A stretch of 64,000 bases of DNA from a bacterium (GTDB lineage: Bacteria; Fidelibacterota; Fidelibacteria; Fidelibacterales; Fidelibacteraceae): the NCBI GenBank assembly GCA_963676395.1, contig OY781066.1:1344001-1408000 (forward strand), read 5' to 3'. The translations under genes and the position numbers were made by a program. The notes beneath the pieces are model-generated. The model was not told where the DNA came from and made no database searches. It worked only from the letters and a program-made list of their open reading frames with translations. Below are positions 30,580 through 41,352 of this stretch, in pieces. Position 1 is the first letter of the stretch; the number at the start of each line of letters is the position of its first letter.

Positions 30580-30831
30580 GAGTAAAACTACAAACCCTAA
30601 AGGGAAGAGACAAGAGACAAATCCCAAGATACAATTGAGAGTTGATGAAAGAAAATACAATAAAAAGTCACAAAACACCGGGTTAATAATTTAAAATTTT
30701 CAAAGCACTCTCTTACAACAAAGCACATAATACAATATCCGATCATTTCAACGATTCAACTTTTTAATTATTTCCTGCGCTTTGCTGAATATTATTCTTC
30801 CATATTATCATCAATCATCTTAGATTTTATT

Positions 30832-31434
30832 ATGTTAATCGTATCGGCACTAAATATAGAGATCGCCCCGGTAGTAAATGCTTTAAAAGCAAAAAAGGTG
30901 AGATCATATAGTAATAAAACACCTTTGTTCCGCTCTAAAAAACATGATATTTTGGTTGTCGGCGTTGGTCCGTCTATGGCAGAACGTACACTTCTTGCCT
31001 ATCTTGAAGAGCATACACCCGATCGCATTTTAAATGCCGGGACTGCCGGGAAAATGATCGAGGGACTTGAGATCGGCAAAGTATATCAGGTTGATGCGGT
31101 CATGACGGATACCGAACCTGAGATAGAACTTGATAGCTTACTTGAAGACACAGGCGAAAAGTGTTTGTCTTTACGCCGTGCTTTAACTGATAATGTTCAG
31201 CGTGATCGTTCCAGGGAAGAATTCGGGACAAGCTTAGCTGATATGGAATGTTACACCATTGCTAAGATCGCAAAGGACAAAGGTATTCCAATGTCGGCGA
31301 TGAAGGTGGTCAGTGATTTTGCCGACTGTGAAAGTCGTGAGATGTTTCAGGAGCATATTGACATGGTTTCAAAGGCACTTTGTGAAGAAGTAGTGGTAAT
31401 TCTTGAAAGCATGAAAGCCAACTCAAAGAATTAA
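30832..31434 (+). CDS. Nucleoside phosphorylase-like protein (MTA/SAH nucleosidase fold)
   Basis: SAL..E, GVG, LNAGTAG, ADMECY, KVVSD. Confidence 0.8.
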   Translation: MLIVSALNIEIAPVVNALKAKKVRSYSNKTPLFRSKKHDILVVGVGPSMAERTLLAYLEEHTPDRILNAGTAGKMIEGLEIGKVYQVDAVMTDTEPEIELDSLLEDTGEKCLSLRRALTDNVQRDRSREEFGTSLADMECYTIAKIAKDKGIPMSAMKVVSDFADCESREMFQEHIDMVSKALCEEVVVILESMKANSKN

Positions 31435-31464
31435 GAAGTAGTATCAATAAAGGGAGTGAAAAAG

Positions 31465-31725
31465 ATGAAAAAGACAAGTTTGCTTATTCTTGTAGGTAAA
31501 AGAAAAGAATCTGCCGTAAAATTGCAGCAGGTACTCACAGCCTGGGGCTGCCTGATTAAAACCCGCTTGGGTTTGCATGCAGGTGTTATGGAAGACTGTA
31601 CTGAAACCGGTTTTCTTTATCTTGAACTTTATGGTTCAGATGAAGACAATGCCGAATTGGCACGTAAGGTCGCTGTTATTCCAGGCGTTGAATCAAAATT
31701 GGTTATACTTGAAAACAAAGAATAA
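31465..31725 (+). CDS. ACT-like small protein (TM1266 / iron-only hydrogenase regulator-like)
   Basis: KRKESAVKLQQVLTAWGCLIKTRLGLH. Confidence 0.65.
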   Translation: MKKTSLLILVGKRKESAVKLQQVLTAWGCLIKTRLGLHAGVMEDCTETGFLYLELYGSDEDNAELARKVAVIPGVESKLVILENKE

Positions 31726-31837
31726 AGACCTGTAACGTTGATCCACCCAAGAAGAATGCAGGTGGAAAGCCACCGGGTTTAAAAAACATGTATTATATTG
31801 AATATTGACTGATTAATTAATTCGGATAGGAGTTGTT

Positions 31838-32467
31838 ATGGAACTTTTTCGTCCTGAAGCCACTGAGCAAGCTTTAAGCATTTTGCGTACCGGAGATAAT
31901 TTCAATTGGACCGTGATTACCTTACTTGCCTTTGTTGTTTTTGTTTATATGAGTGAGATCGAAAAGAAAAACTGGAAGGCGGTTGCTGCAGGTTTAGCTT
32001 TATATATGACTCATTGGTTCTTCGAGATAGCTAATGCGTTGATCTGTAAATTTTCCGGACATGCACTTTGGACTGTTTCCGGGGGTACATCTTTTCTAAT
32101 CCTTGTTGGTGTAGGTATAGAATTAAGTTTTATGTTCTCGGTAGCCGGGATCATTTTAACCAAACTGCTTCCCGAAGATCCTAAGCAAAAGATTTTGGGT
32201 ATAGGTTCACGATGGTTTTTTGCCATTGCTAATGCGGCACTTTTCTCGACCATTGAGATCTTTCTTGCTAGAACACCGGCATTTATTTGGGTTTACCCTT
32301 GGTGGGGAGCTTTGCCTGTTTTTGTTTTGGTTTACATTCCTTTCTTTCTTGCGGCCAATTATGCTTATTACTGGGACAAGAAAAAGCAGATCCGTTTTAT
32401 AGGTGGACTGTTTATCTTAAATGTTATTCTGATGATTGTTTTTGCTGGAATTTTGAAATGGATTTGA
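31838..32467 (+). CDS. Hypothetical integral membrane protein
   Basis: About 6 hydrophobic segments; SD AGGAG. Confidence 0.75.
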   Translation: MELFRPEATEQALSILRTGDNFNWTVITLLAFVVFVYMSEIEKKNWKAVAAGLALYMTHWFFEIANALICKFSGHALWTVSGGTSFLILVGVGIELSFMFSVAGIILTKLLPEDPKQKILGIGSRWFFAIANAALFSTIEIFLARTPAFIWVYPWWGALPVFVLVYIPFFLAANYAYYWDKKKQIRFIGGLFILNVILMIVFAGILKWI

Positions 32468-32510
32468 TCCTACCCGTAAGGCGTGAATCATAAATAGTAA
32501 ATATTAGAAT

Positions 32511-32537
32511 GGGCGGATATTGATATCCGCCTTTTTT
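32511..32537 (+). repeat. GGGCGGATA..TATCCGCC hairpin (GTAG-REP-like, terminator-like)
   Basis: GGCGGATAT-tg-ATATCCGCC-TTTTTT; sister copy at 62649. Confidence 0.65.
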
Positions 32538-32702
32538 AAAATATATCATATTGTCCCAGTATCGTAAGGAATCCCGAAACATTTGGGTGATCGTTTCCAT
32601 CAGAGTAATATTATACGCTTTAGTACTCAAAAATTCTTATTTTAATTCCTTTTTTCCCAATACAATTGGTCTTAATATTGATGACGAAAATTTGAGAAAA
32701 AC

Positions 32703-34094
32703 ATGACAGGAAAAAGTTTACAACAACAGCAACATACTCCCGGTTCTATTGCAGAGATGCTAGCTATCGCCTTACCGATGATCGTATCATATGCAGCTGA
32801 TACGGTGATGACATTTACAGATAGAATGTTTCTGTCGCGCTTGGCACCTGAGATTATGAATGCAGCCATGAGTGGTGGCTTAACGGCTTTTACCATGTCG
32901 ACATTTTTTATGGGTTTGATCGGTTATTCAACTGCATTGGTTGCTCAGTATTTAGGGGCGGGAAGAAAAAACACATGTCCTGCTGTGACCACTCAAGCCT
33001 TGCTTATTGCCGTGATAGCCTATCCGATTGTTCTCTTAATGAAACCTTTGGGTGTTCAGCTTTTTCATTTTATGCATGTTCCCGAAGCCCAAATGGGGTA
33101 TCAAATTGATTATTTCAATATTTTAATATTTGGTGCTATCATTGGTTTGTTGCGAACGGCGCTGACTTCTTATTTTTCCGGTATTGGGAAAACACGTATC
33201 GTTATGCTTGCAATGATTACTACCATGTTGGTTAATGTGGGAATGAACTATGTCCTGATTTTCGGTAAATTTGGTTTGCCGGCTTTAGGTATTCGTGGTG
33301 CAGCTTATGGTACTTTAACGGGTGGAACCGTTGGGCTAATTATACTTTTTACCGCTTATTTTGGTAAAAAGAATCGTGAGGAATTTCATGTAAATAAAGC
33401 ATTCCATTATTATGCCAATATCATGAAAAAATTGCTAAAATTCGGGTATCCACCGGGGCTCGAATTTATACTGAATCTATTTGCCTTTAACCTAATGATC
33501 ATGGTTTTTCATTCACTGGGAGATGTAACGGCAACATCTACCACTATTATGTTTAATTGGGATAATGTATCCTACATCCCACTGGTTGGTATTGAAGTTG
33601 CGGTCACATCATTGGTTGGACGCTATATGGGGGCGAAAGATGTTGATACAGCTATTAGATCGGCTAATTCTGCTTTTAAAACGGGACTGCTATATTCGTC
33701 TGTTGTTTTGGTGTTATTTGTTTTTTTTCCGCATCAATTGGTACAAGTTTTTAAACCTGCCGGTGCTTCATCCGTTTTTGAAGAGGCCATACCTCTTGCC
33801 GTATCAATGATTCGTATTGCGGCATTGTATGTTTTAGTCGAAGCCGCTATTGCCACACTTGTTGGTGTTTTACGTGGTGCGGGGGATACGCGCTGGTCGA
33901 TGATTGCTTCGGTAATTCTTCATTACGTTATGGCCGGTGGCTTATATTTGGTTCTAAAAGTGTTTAAAATGCCGGCACTGTTTGGCTGGAGTGTCGTTGT
34001 ATTTGCTTTCATGCTTTTTTCGGTGGTTTTCTACCTTCGCTATCGCGGCGGAAAGTGGAAAAACATCCAAATGGTTGAGCATAATGAGCAATAG
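32703..34094 (+). CDS. MATE family efflux transporter
   Basis: DRMFLSRL, LVAQYLGAG, LIFGKFGLPALGIRGAA, LRGAGDT. Confidence 0.92.
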   Translation: MTGKSLQQQQHTPGSIAEMLAIALPMIVSYAADTVMTFTDRMFLSRLAPEIMNAAMSGGLTAFTMSTFFMGLIGYSTALVAQYLGAGRKNTCPAVTTQALLIAVIAYPIVLLMKPLGVQLFHFMHVPEAQMGYQIDYFNILIFGAIIGLLRTALTSYFSGIGKTRIVMLAMITTMLVNVGMNYVLIFGKFGLPALGIRGAAYGTLTGGTVGLIILFTAYFGKKNREEFHVNKAFHYYANIMKKLLKFGYPPGLEFILNLFAFNLMIMVFHSLGDVTATSTTIMFNWDNVSYIPLVGIEVAVTSLVGRYMGAKDVDTAIRSANSAFKTGLLYSSVVLVLFVFFPHQLVQVFKPAGASSVFEEAIPLAVSMIRIAALYVLVEAAIATLVGVLRGAGDTRWSMIASVILHYVMAGGLYLVLKVFKMPALFGWSVVVFAFMLFSVVFYLRYRGGKWKNIQMVEHNEQ

Positions 34095-34283
34095 AACATT
34101 CGAGCAATTGAATGGGGGAATGGGAAAACAATTGAATAATTGGATATTAAATAAGTGATTATTTAAATGCTTGATTGATCGAAGAATCACCCTGATAATT
34201 TTAAGGACAGAGATTATAAGTCTAATAACGGAACATTCTTCTAAATTCACGTTTAAGAGCGTTATTCGGAAAAAAGGGGATCA

Positions 34284-35540
34284 ATGAATTTTATTATAGA
34301 TTACCTCAATGAAATATATCACTTGCTGTTGGAGATGGCCCCATATTTATTGTTGGGTTTTCTGATTGCGGGTATTTTGAAATTTACGCTTAAGCCTGCG
34401 ACCATGAAGAAATATCTCGGCAAAGCCAATTTGCGTTCTGTGGTTAATGCTTCTTTATTGGGTGTTCCCATGCCCTTGTGTTCTTGTGGTGTGATCCCAA
34501 CCGGTGTGGGCCTGCATAAAAACGGAGCGTCGAAAGGTTCTGCTGTGTCCTTCTTGATCTCCACACCTCAAACCGGGGTGGATTCTATTATGATCACTTA
34601 CTCACTTTTAGGTTTGCCTTTTGCCATTATTCGTCCCATCGCAGCGTTTATTACAGGCATAGTTGGTGGTGCGATCACTAATAAAGTTGAGCATGAAACG
34701 CCTCACGCTTATGCGAATAGTCAAGCGCAGGAAAATCTGCCAAAAGGCTGGAAAAAAATCCCGGCAATATTAAAATATGCTTTTATTGATTTTATGAATG
34801 ATATTGCCAAATGGCTATTAATCGGAATTCTGATCGCTGGTCTTATTTCGGTACTTGTACCGGATGATTTCTTTTTAGAATATTTATCAAATCCTTACCT
34901 CTCAATGCTGGTAATGCTTGTTGCTTCGGTGCCACTCTATGTGTGTGCCACTTCATCGGTTCCTATTGCCGCCGCTCTTATCATGAAAGGCTTATCACCT
35001 GGAGCTGCTTTGGTATTTTTAATGGCAGGACCGGCGACGAATGCTGCGACAATCTCTGTTCTGGGTAATGCTTTGGGCAAGAAAACTCTGACGGTTTATC
35101 TTAGCACAATTATTGCCGGTTCATTTATTGCCGGAATCTTGTTGAATAATTTCATGCCCGAATCCTGGTATGTCGGGATCATGAATATGGGACACCAACA
35201 TCACATGTTGCCCAATTGGTTGATGCTTTCATCGGCAATTTTATTGAGTGGGTTGCTTATTTACTCTTTAGTTAACAAAGTTATTGGCCGTTTTAGCAAA
35301 AAGGCTCAAAGCTGTGAAGATTGTGAGGAATGTAAAATGACACATGAAATAATTATACATATTGAAGGAATGACCTGTCAGCACTGTGTGGCTAGTGTGA
35401 AAAAAGGACTTTCTTCTCTTGCGGGAGTCGAGAATGTTGATGTAAATTTAGAGACAAAGACCGCTCGTATTCACGGAGTGGTGGATGTCCAAAAAATTAA
35501 GGATACCATTAAGGAACTCGGTTATACCGTAAAGGAATAG
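34284..35540 (+). CDS. SO_0444/ArsP-like metal permease with C-terminal HMA domain
   Basis: PLCSCGVIP, STPQTGVDS, YVCATSSVP, AGPATN; GMTCQHC. Confidence 0.88.
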   Translation: MNFIIDYLNEIYHLLLEMAPYLLLGFLIAGILKFTLKPATMKKYLGKANLRSVVNASLLGVPMPLCSCGVIPTGVGLHKNGASKGSAVSFLISTPQTGVDSIMITYSLLGLPFAIIRPIAAFITGIVGGAITNKVEHETPHAYANSQAQENLPKGWKKIPAILKYAFIDFMNDIAKWLLIGILIAGLISVLVPDDFFLEYLSNPYLSMLVMLVASVPLYVCATSSVPIAAALIMKGLSPGAALVFLMAGPATNAATISVLGNALGKKTLTVYLSTIIAGSFIAGILLNNFMPESWYVGIMNMGHQHHMLPNWLMLSSAILLSGLLIYSLVNKVIGRFSKKAQSCEDCEECKMTHEIIIHIEGMTCQHCVASVKKGLSSLAGVENVDVNLETKTARIHGVVDVQKIKDTIKELGYTVKE

Positions 35541-35541
35541 A

Positions 35542-36519
35542 ATGAAAGCCATTATCCCGGCAGCAGGTGTTGGAACAAGATTAAAACCTCATACTAATCA
35601 TCGTCCCAAAGTTATGGTTCCCATCGCGGGGAAACCTATTTTGGAGCATATTACAGAATCATTATTTAAAGCAGGATTCGATAAAATATCCGTTATTGTC
35701 GGCTATAAAAAAGAAGCTGTTATTGATTATTTTGATAAAAAATATCCAAAGAAATTTGAATTTCCCGTGCAGGAAGAAATGAAAGGACTGGGACATGCCA
35801 TTCTTTATGGTTTAGAGGATATTGATGAACCGGCTTTGATCATTTTGGGTGATACCATTATTGATCTTGATATGGACAAGCTGAAGGATTCCAAGCATAA
35901 TGTGATCGGGGTTGTTAAAGTTGCCGATCCATCGCGATTCGGGATCGTAGAGACCGATGAAAATGGTATTATTACCGATATGGTAGAAAAACCCGAATTC
36001 CCTAAAAGTGATCTGGCGATCGCCGGAGCTTATTATGTTCAAAGTCAAAAGACCTTAAAATATGCCATTGAGCAACTGATCAAGAATGATGTAAAAACCC
36101 GAAATGAATATCAATTAACCGATGCTTTGGCGCTGATGATGAAAAGCGGTGAAAGTTTTAAAGCGTTACCTATCAACAAATGGTATGATTGTGGAACGGT
36201 GGAAACTCTTTTATCAACTTCATCATATTTATTATCGCGAGGTTCAGTAAATAAGGGTGAGTGCATAAATTGTAAGATTATAGATCCCGTTTATATTGCC
36301 AAGGGTGCAAAGTTATATGATTCTACAATCGGTCCTAATGTAGCGATCGGCTCGGATGTAAATATATCGAATTCAAAAATTTCAAATTCTATGATAAATG
36401 ATGGGGCGGAAGTAAAGAACTCTTGTTTAATAGAATCTATTATTGGATATTATACACACGTTATTGATATGCCTACTTCTTCGCTAAGCCTAGAGGATGG
36501 GAAAATCTTAAAAGGTTAA
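35542..36519 (+). CDS. Sugar-phosphate nucleotidyltransferase (glucose-1-P thymidylyltransferase-like)
   Basis: IIPAAGVGTRLKPHT..PK, EKP, EYQLTD, WYDCG, C-terminal hexapeptide region. Confidence 0.88.
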   Translation: MKAIIPAAGVGTRLKPHTNHRPKVMVPIAGKPILEHITESLFKAGFDKISVIVGYKKEAVIDYFDKKYPKKFEFPVQEEMKGLGHAILYGLEDIDEPALIILGDTIIDLDMDKLKDSKHNVIGVVKVADPSRFGIVETDENGIITDMVEKPEFPKSDLAIAGAYYVQSQKTLKYAIEQLIKNDVKTRNEYQLTDALALMMKSGESFKALPINKWYDCGTVETLLSTSSYLLSRGSVNKGECINCKIIDPVYIAKGAKLYDSTIGPNVAIGSDVNISNSKISNSMINDGAEVKNSCLIESIIGYYTHVIDMPTSSLSLEDGKILKG

Positions 36520-36593
36520 GTTCTAAGTATGTTGTTGGAAGAAATGAGAGATGAGTTGATAAGCATATCTCGGATTTTCTATTGGGAGTAAAA

Positions 36594-38330
36594 ATGAAAA
36601 ATACCTACAGTTACGTATTAATATTATTTATATTAATATCTTTTGTATCCGCTTCCGAAGACTTGCACAATTTTGTTCGACAGATAACTGAGAGTTCTAT
36701 TAGAGATTATTATTATCGAAGTGAGGATCCTTCTTGGGATCCTTTGAAATTCCATAAAGGAAAAAATCGAGAAGAAAATACCACAGGGCATGATAGTGCC
36801 AAAACATTTATTCAAGCTACATTAGAAAGTTATTTAGGTGTAGGGAATGTTTATGTTCATGAGTTTGACTGGTCACGAGGAAAGGATGACAAAGGTTATA
36901 ATATTATTGGCGTAAAAGAAGGCTTATCTGGAAGCAGTTCAGATGTGTGGGTGCTAGGTGCTCATTATGATTCTTATGATTCTGATCACACCGGCACAGC
37001 GCCCGGCGCGAACGATAATGGCTCAGGAATGGTATCTGTTCTTGAAATGGCAAGAATTGTCAATACACGAGAATCGGATGCAACGATATTATTTTGTTTG
37101 TGGGATGGTGAAGAGCCTGACTGGATTTCTGCCGGTTCTTTTGGCTCGTCATCCTATAGCGGTCCTTCAGGATCAAGAGCTTGGATCAATGCTTATTTTA
37201 CAACAGATCCCGCTCGTGCGAATGGAGATACTTTGCTTTGGAGCCGGGTAAAGGGTAATATTAATATGGATATGTTTGGTTATCCTGCCAGCAATAATAC
37301 CTTGTGGCTATATCATGGTGGCGATGAGTGGAACAATACGATCAATGGTGGTATATCCTATCCAACGCCTTCAGCCTCAAACACCTTGTATCTTGATGCA
37401 GAGTACTATTTGGAAAACTACGGTTGTGATGACCAGAATCCACGAAATTATGTTTCTGTTGTTGGTAAAGGTACAATGCAGTATTCGGATAATATTTCCT
37501 TTTCACGCGCCGGTATTCCCTCTTTGGAATATGCAGAATCTGATTGGGGCTCTGATACACATTATCATAAGTGGTCTGATTATTATCGTCCTGCCAGTGG
37601 AGATGCTAATTTTTTAAATGATGAAAATCCACAAATTGGTTTTCTTAGTATGGTAACACGTGGTGCTGTTGCACTTCTTGCAGATACGGCAAATGTTGCT
37701 TTGTCCGAAACCGGTACACCGGTGTCCTTAACATATTTTAAAGCAGCTTCAGGTAATAAGCGGGTTATACTTTCATGGCAGACGGAAAGTGAAATTGAAA
37801 ATCTGGGCTTTATTCTAGAAAAAAGAAATGATCGTGGAGACAATTGGAAAAGTATTGCTTCATATTTAAAAAATGAAGAATTAATAGGTCAGGGTTTTTC
37901 AACCGAGAGTACGGATTATATTTTTGAAGACAGCCTTGTTTTTGCAAATCAACAATATGAATATCGTTTGTCCGAAGTTAATTTTTCGGGAAAAATATCC
38001 AGACTTAAAAGCACATCGGTATTATACATTGATATGGAACGTAATGATAATACCTTGCTCAAGGGCAACGCATATCCAAATCCATTTAACCCAAGCTTAA
38101 CCATTGAGTATGCATTGGAGCGTGATGCTGAGGTTAGCGTAAAAGTTTTTGATCTAGCCGGTCGTGAGGTTGTTAATTTGCAAAATAAACGCGCTTTGAA
38201 ATCAGGTCGTTATGACCTTAGATGGCATGCAAATAAAATGCCCTCAGGTATATATCTTGTACAAGTTTTGGCACGCTATAGTAATAAGCAGTGTGAAGCA
38301 CAGGTAATGAAGTTGATCTTAAACAAGTAA
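36594..38330 (+). CDS. Secreted M28 peptidase with T9SS-type-A-like C-terminal domain
   Basis: GAHYDS, GANDNGSG, DGEE, NMDM, SDN.SF, YH; YPNPFNPS..SGIY..KLILNK. Confidence 0.85.
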   Translation: MKNTYSYVLILFILISFVSASEDLHNFVRQITESSIRDYYYRSEDPSWDPLKFHKGKNREENTTGHDSAKTFIQATLESYLGVGNVYVHEFDWSRGKDDKGYNIIGVKEGLSGSSSDVWVLGAHYDSYDSDHTGTAPGANDNGSGMVSVLEMARIVNTRESDATILFCLWDGEEPDWISAGSFGSSSYSGPSGSRAWINAYFTTDPARANGDTLLWSRVKGNINMDMFGYPASNNTLWLYHGGDEWNNTINGGISYPTPSASNTLYLDAEYYLENYGCDDQNPRNYVSVVGKGTMQYSDNISFSRAGIPSLEYAESDWGSDTHYHKWSDYYRPASGDANFLNDENPQIGFLSMVTRGAVALLADTANVALSETGTPVSLTYFKAASGNKRVILSWQTESEIENLGFILEKRNDRGDNWKSIASYLKNEELIGQGFSTESTDYIFEDSLVFANQQYEYRLSEVNFSGKISRLKSTSVLYIDMERNDNTLLKGNAYPNPFNPSLTIEYALERDAEVSVKVFDLAGREVVNLQNKRALKSGRYDLRWHANKMPSGIYLVQVLARYSNKQCEAQVMKLILNK

Positions 38331-38441
38331 GAATATATGATAAGATATAGAAGAAACTGTGTTTTTAGGGGTTGTTGACGTGCCTCGCGAGTCGTTTTAA
38401 TACATTTATAAATAATCCAAACTTCCCTCGTTTTCCGATAT

Positions 38442-38469
38442 AAAAAAAGAGCTCCCAATAGAGAGCTCT
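38442..38469. terminator. Terminator between convergent genes
   Basis: AAAAAAAGAGCTC...GAGCTCT. Confidence 0.55.
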
Positions 38470-38496
38470 AAACAAAAATTTGTACTATTTATTGTT

Positions 38497-39666
38497 TTAC
38501 TTTACAAGTAATAATTTCTGAGTTTCAATTTGCCTTGATGTTGATGCTTTAAGAATATAAACACCGCTTTGCATGTTTTGGGCATCCCATGTGAAATGCT
38601 GTAATCCTGGATTTGCTGAACCTTTGAATAGGGTCGTGACTTTTTGACCCTTTGTATTATAGATGTTTAATTCAAGTTCTTCAGCTATGTTTAGGCTAAT
38701 ATCTATCGAAGTTGATGGATTAAAAGGGTTTGGATAAGCTGAAGTCAGTTCAAAGTCTACATTATTTACAGAAGTATTAAGGGCGTTAATACTTATTTCC
38801 TGAGTTAGAATATTAACACTGTTGTCATATGCAACATCAGCTAAGGAATAGGTATAGCTTTTTCCGGGGATGACATTATTATCAAGATAACTATAGTCGT
38901 TTGTTTCTGTGCTTGATCCCGCGCCTTCTACAAATGCAATAATTTCACCATCACGTAAAATTTTGAATCCAAGATTTTCTTTTTCGCTTTCTGTTGTCCA
39001 ATTTAATTGAATGCCGGATGAAAGTGCCTTAGCTGTGAAGTCAGCAAGGGTGATAGGGCTAGGAGTTCCTGTGCTTTCAAGTGTAACAAGATCAAATGCA
39101 CCAATTTCTTCCCAGTGATCATTTCTTACTTCGATTTTTAATCGAACATGCGATGAGGATTCAGGGACATTTATGCTAATTTTAACCCATTCATTTGAGC
39201 CCATGTTTAAAGCAATGGGAGTATCCCAATTACTTCCATTATCATACTCAATATAATAATTTAAAACATCGGATCCACCGGACCATGATCCTGTGGTTAA
39301 TTCATTGTAGTTAAAGGTGTAATAATAAAAACTTACACTTAGGTCACCTGAGTATTCGCTGAGGTCGATCGTGTTAAACAAAACTGAACACAAAGCATCG
39401 GGGTATAACCCACTGGTGTTTTCAGCATTGAAAACATATTCTCCATTATCCGGTAATGGTTTTAAGTCTCCCGGTAAGCTGGGATCATCCAATTCATTAT
39501 CGGGTTCCCATCTTGCATAAGGATTATTTGATGTTGTAGCCGGGTGTGATAAAGTATATCCCCAGGCATTTATTTCTGTTCCTTCAAATCCTTGTTGTAA
39601 AAGCACTGTTGCTGATAAACTACTAATCATAAATAGTGTCAGTAGTGATACAAGTATCTTCTTCAT
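38497..39666 (-). CDS. Secreted protein with T9SS-type-A-like C-terminal domain
   Basis: Signal peptide; WTTESEKENLGF Ig-like domain; AYPNPFNPST..SGVY..KLLLVK. Confidence 0.8.
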   Translation of the reverse strand: MKKILVSLLTLFMISSLSATVLLQQGFEGTEINAWGYTLSHPATTSNNPYARWEPDNELDDPSLPGDLKPLPDNGEYVFNAENTSGLYPDALCSVLFNTIDLSEYSGDLSVSFYYYTFNYNELTTGSWSGGSDVLNYYIEYDNGSNWDTPIALNMGSNEWVKISINVPESSSHVRLKIEVRNDHWEEIGAFDLVTLESTGTPSPITLADFTAKALSSGIQLNWTTESEKENLGFKILRDGEIIAFVEGAGSSTETNDYSYLDNNVIPGKSYTYSLADVAYDNSVNILTQEISINALNTSVNNVDFELTSAYPNPFNPSTSIDISLNIAEELELNIYNTKGQKVTTLFKGSANPGLQHFTWDAQNMQSGVYILKASTSRQIETQKLLLVK

Positions 39667-39967
39667 TCTTTTTTAACCCCTTTTCAATAGTGTGTTGCAA
39701 TGAAATATAGCGTATTTAATAATAATGCAAATAACAATCAAGTAAAATCTCGTAAATATATATGGTTGAGGCACTTGTGTGCAAGCATGACAATATGAGG
39801 TGATTGTATCGAAAAAATATAGATAGTCATGGTAAATCGTCTTCTGAATGAAGTCAGATGATCTATCTAGGCTTATTGACATTGGTCGATTGTTTATCTG
39901 TTAATCTACAGACATAGACATTAAATATTCATGTTAAAAGGGGGTTGACTATGATTTTGCTGCCTCG

Positions 39968-41179
39968 TCAAACTATCTCATTATCCAGTTTGTTCAGTAC
40001 ATTAAAAAAGATTTCCAAACCAGCTTTAACGGCGTTTTTATCGACTTTGTCGACGGTATCATTGGGTGTATGATAAACAGAAGCACGTTCGCTGTTATCC
40101 CATGGCATACCCATTAATGTGGTGGCCTTTACACCATGTTTTGCCAATTCACCTGAATCTGTCCCACCGGTTAAAAATGCAATATCTTTAGTCTCGGAAG
40201 CATAACCTAATTCTTTAGCGCTTTTTACGCAGCTTTCGGAAAATTCCGTAGAGAGTTTTACTGAACAGTTAATGTCACTGGTCATAAAGAAAATGTCATC
40301 TAAATAATACAAACATTCGATATTATAAAGGTAGGTTGGAAGTTTAGCAAATTCCTTTTTATGTTTTTTGGCATATGCGTAAGCACCGCGCAGACCTTCT
40401 TCTTCGGCATCAAAGGAAATGGCCTTTACGCGAGTATGCTTGAGTCCTTTCCCGGCTTTTTTATCTTTTGCCAATTGGCGAAGCGCTTCAACGGCCATTG
40501 CGGTGGATGCCAGGTTGTCACCGGCTCCGGGCGTGGCGTGTTTTGAGGCAAAGAACCAAAGCTGTAAGACGATAGTTGCGCCAAGCGATGCAAGGATAGC
40601 AGCAATGGTCGTGAATATTCCGCTTAATCCCGTTATGGCTAAGATGGCTGAAAGAATAAATACCGAAACCAGAATTCCGATTCCGCCCAAAACTCTAAGT
40701 CCGTATAGTTTTGGTTGATGGATAAAAAAGTTAAAAATACTTGCGGAATCGTGGTGTCCACTAATGATGATCTCTTGTTTAACGTCTCCTTCGGGCTCCA
40801 CGGAAGCGATGACATTTTTGGCTTTCTTGCCTGGAAAAAGAAAGTCTATTGTGTGCTTGTAAAAGAAAAATTGAAATACCATGATCAATATCCCCAAAAG
40901 CAGTAATCCGGCAGAGATAAGAGGCTTATTGAGCCATAGCAATACAGTCCCTGCGGCATATAAAGTAACAAGAATGCGTATCCATCCAAGAAAAGCGCCG
41001 GTATGAACTTTGAATTCTTCAGTATGAGCTTCATCGGCAAAGCCTTTCATCTCATTGTGCAAGGCGTTGGCACAGTCGCGACTAGCCTGAGACCCCGCTT
41101 TTCGGGGACCGAATTGATGAATGAGGGAATCTGTGAGTGATATAACCTTGTCGGTCATTGTGGTAAAATTGATAGACAT
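39968..41179 (-). CDS. Membrane-embedded M28 family peptidase
   Basis: GHHDS, PGAGDN, DAEEEGLRG, GGTD, YHTPND; internal TM helices. Confidence 0.85.
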   Translation of the reverse strand: MSINFTTMTDKVISLTDSLIHQFGPRKAGSQASRDCANALHNEMKGFADEAHTEEFKVHTGAFLGWIRILVTLYAAGTVLLWLNKPLISAGLLLLGILIMVFQFFFYKHTIDFLFPGKKAKNVIASVEPEGDVKQEIIISGHHDSASIFNFFIHQPKLYGLRVLGGIGILVSVFILSAILAITGLSGIFTTIAAILASLGATIVLQLWFFASKHATPGAGDNLASTAMAVEALRQLAKDKKAGKGLKHTRVKAISFDAEEEGLRGAYAYAKKHKKEFAKLPTYLYNIECLYYLDDIFFMTSDINCSVKLSTEFSESCVKSAKELGYASETKDIAFLTGGTDSGELAKHGVKATTLMGMPWDNSERASVYHTPNDTVDKVDKNAVKAGLEIFFNVLNKLDNEIV

Positions 41180-41307
41180 GTTTATTCCTCCTGTAGAGAA
41201 TGTTGATGAATCGATCAGGTCGACAGGTCGATGAATTCATGAGCATTCATTGAGGTGAATATAGATGAAAATTGAACTAAAATCAATAGTCATGGGATTA
41301 GCAATAA

Positions 41308-41352
41308 GAGATCCTGAACCCCAATGTCCACAGACATCGTTTCAGGATGACG
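41308..41352 (-). repeat. REP-like repeat, family A, solo copy
   Basis: Minus strand: CGTC-ATCCTGAA-A-CGATGTC-tgtg-GACATTG-GGG-TTCAGGAT-CTC. Confidence 0.9.

Noticed and set aside
39673..39882. 69-aa ORF upstream of the CTD protein gene
   Set aside because: No motif or clear SD; probably promoter DNA
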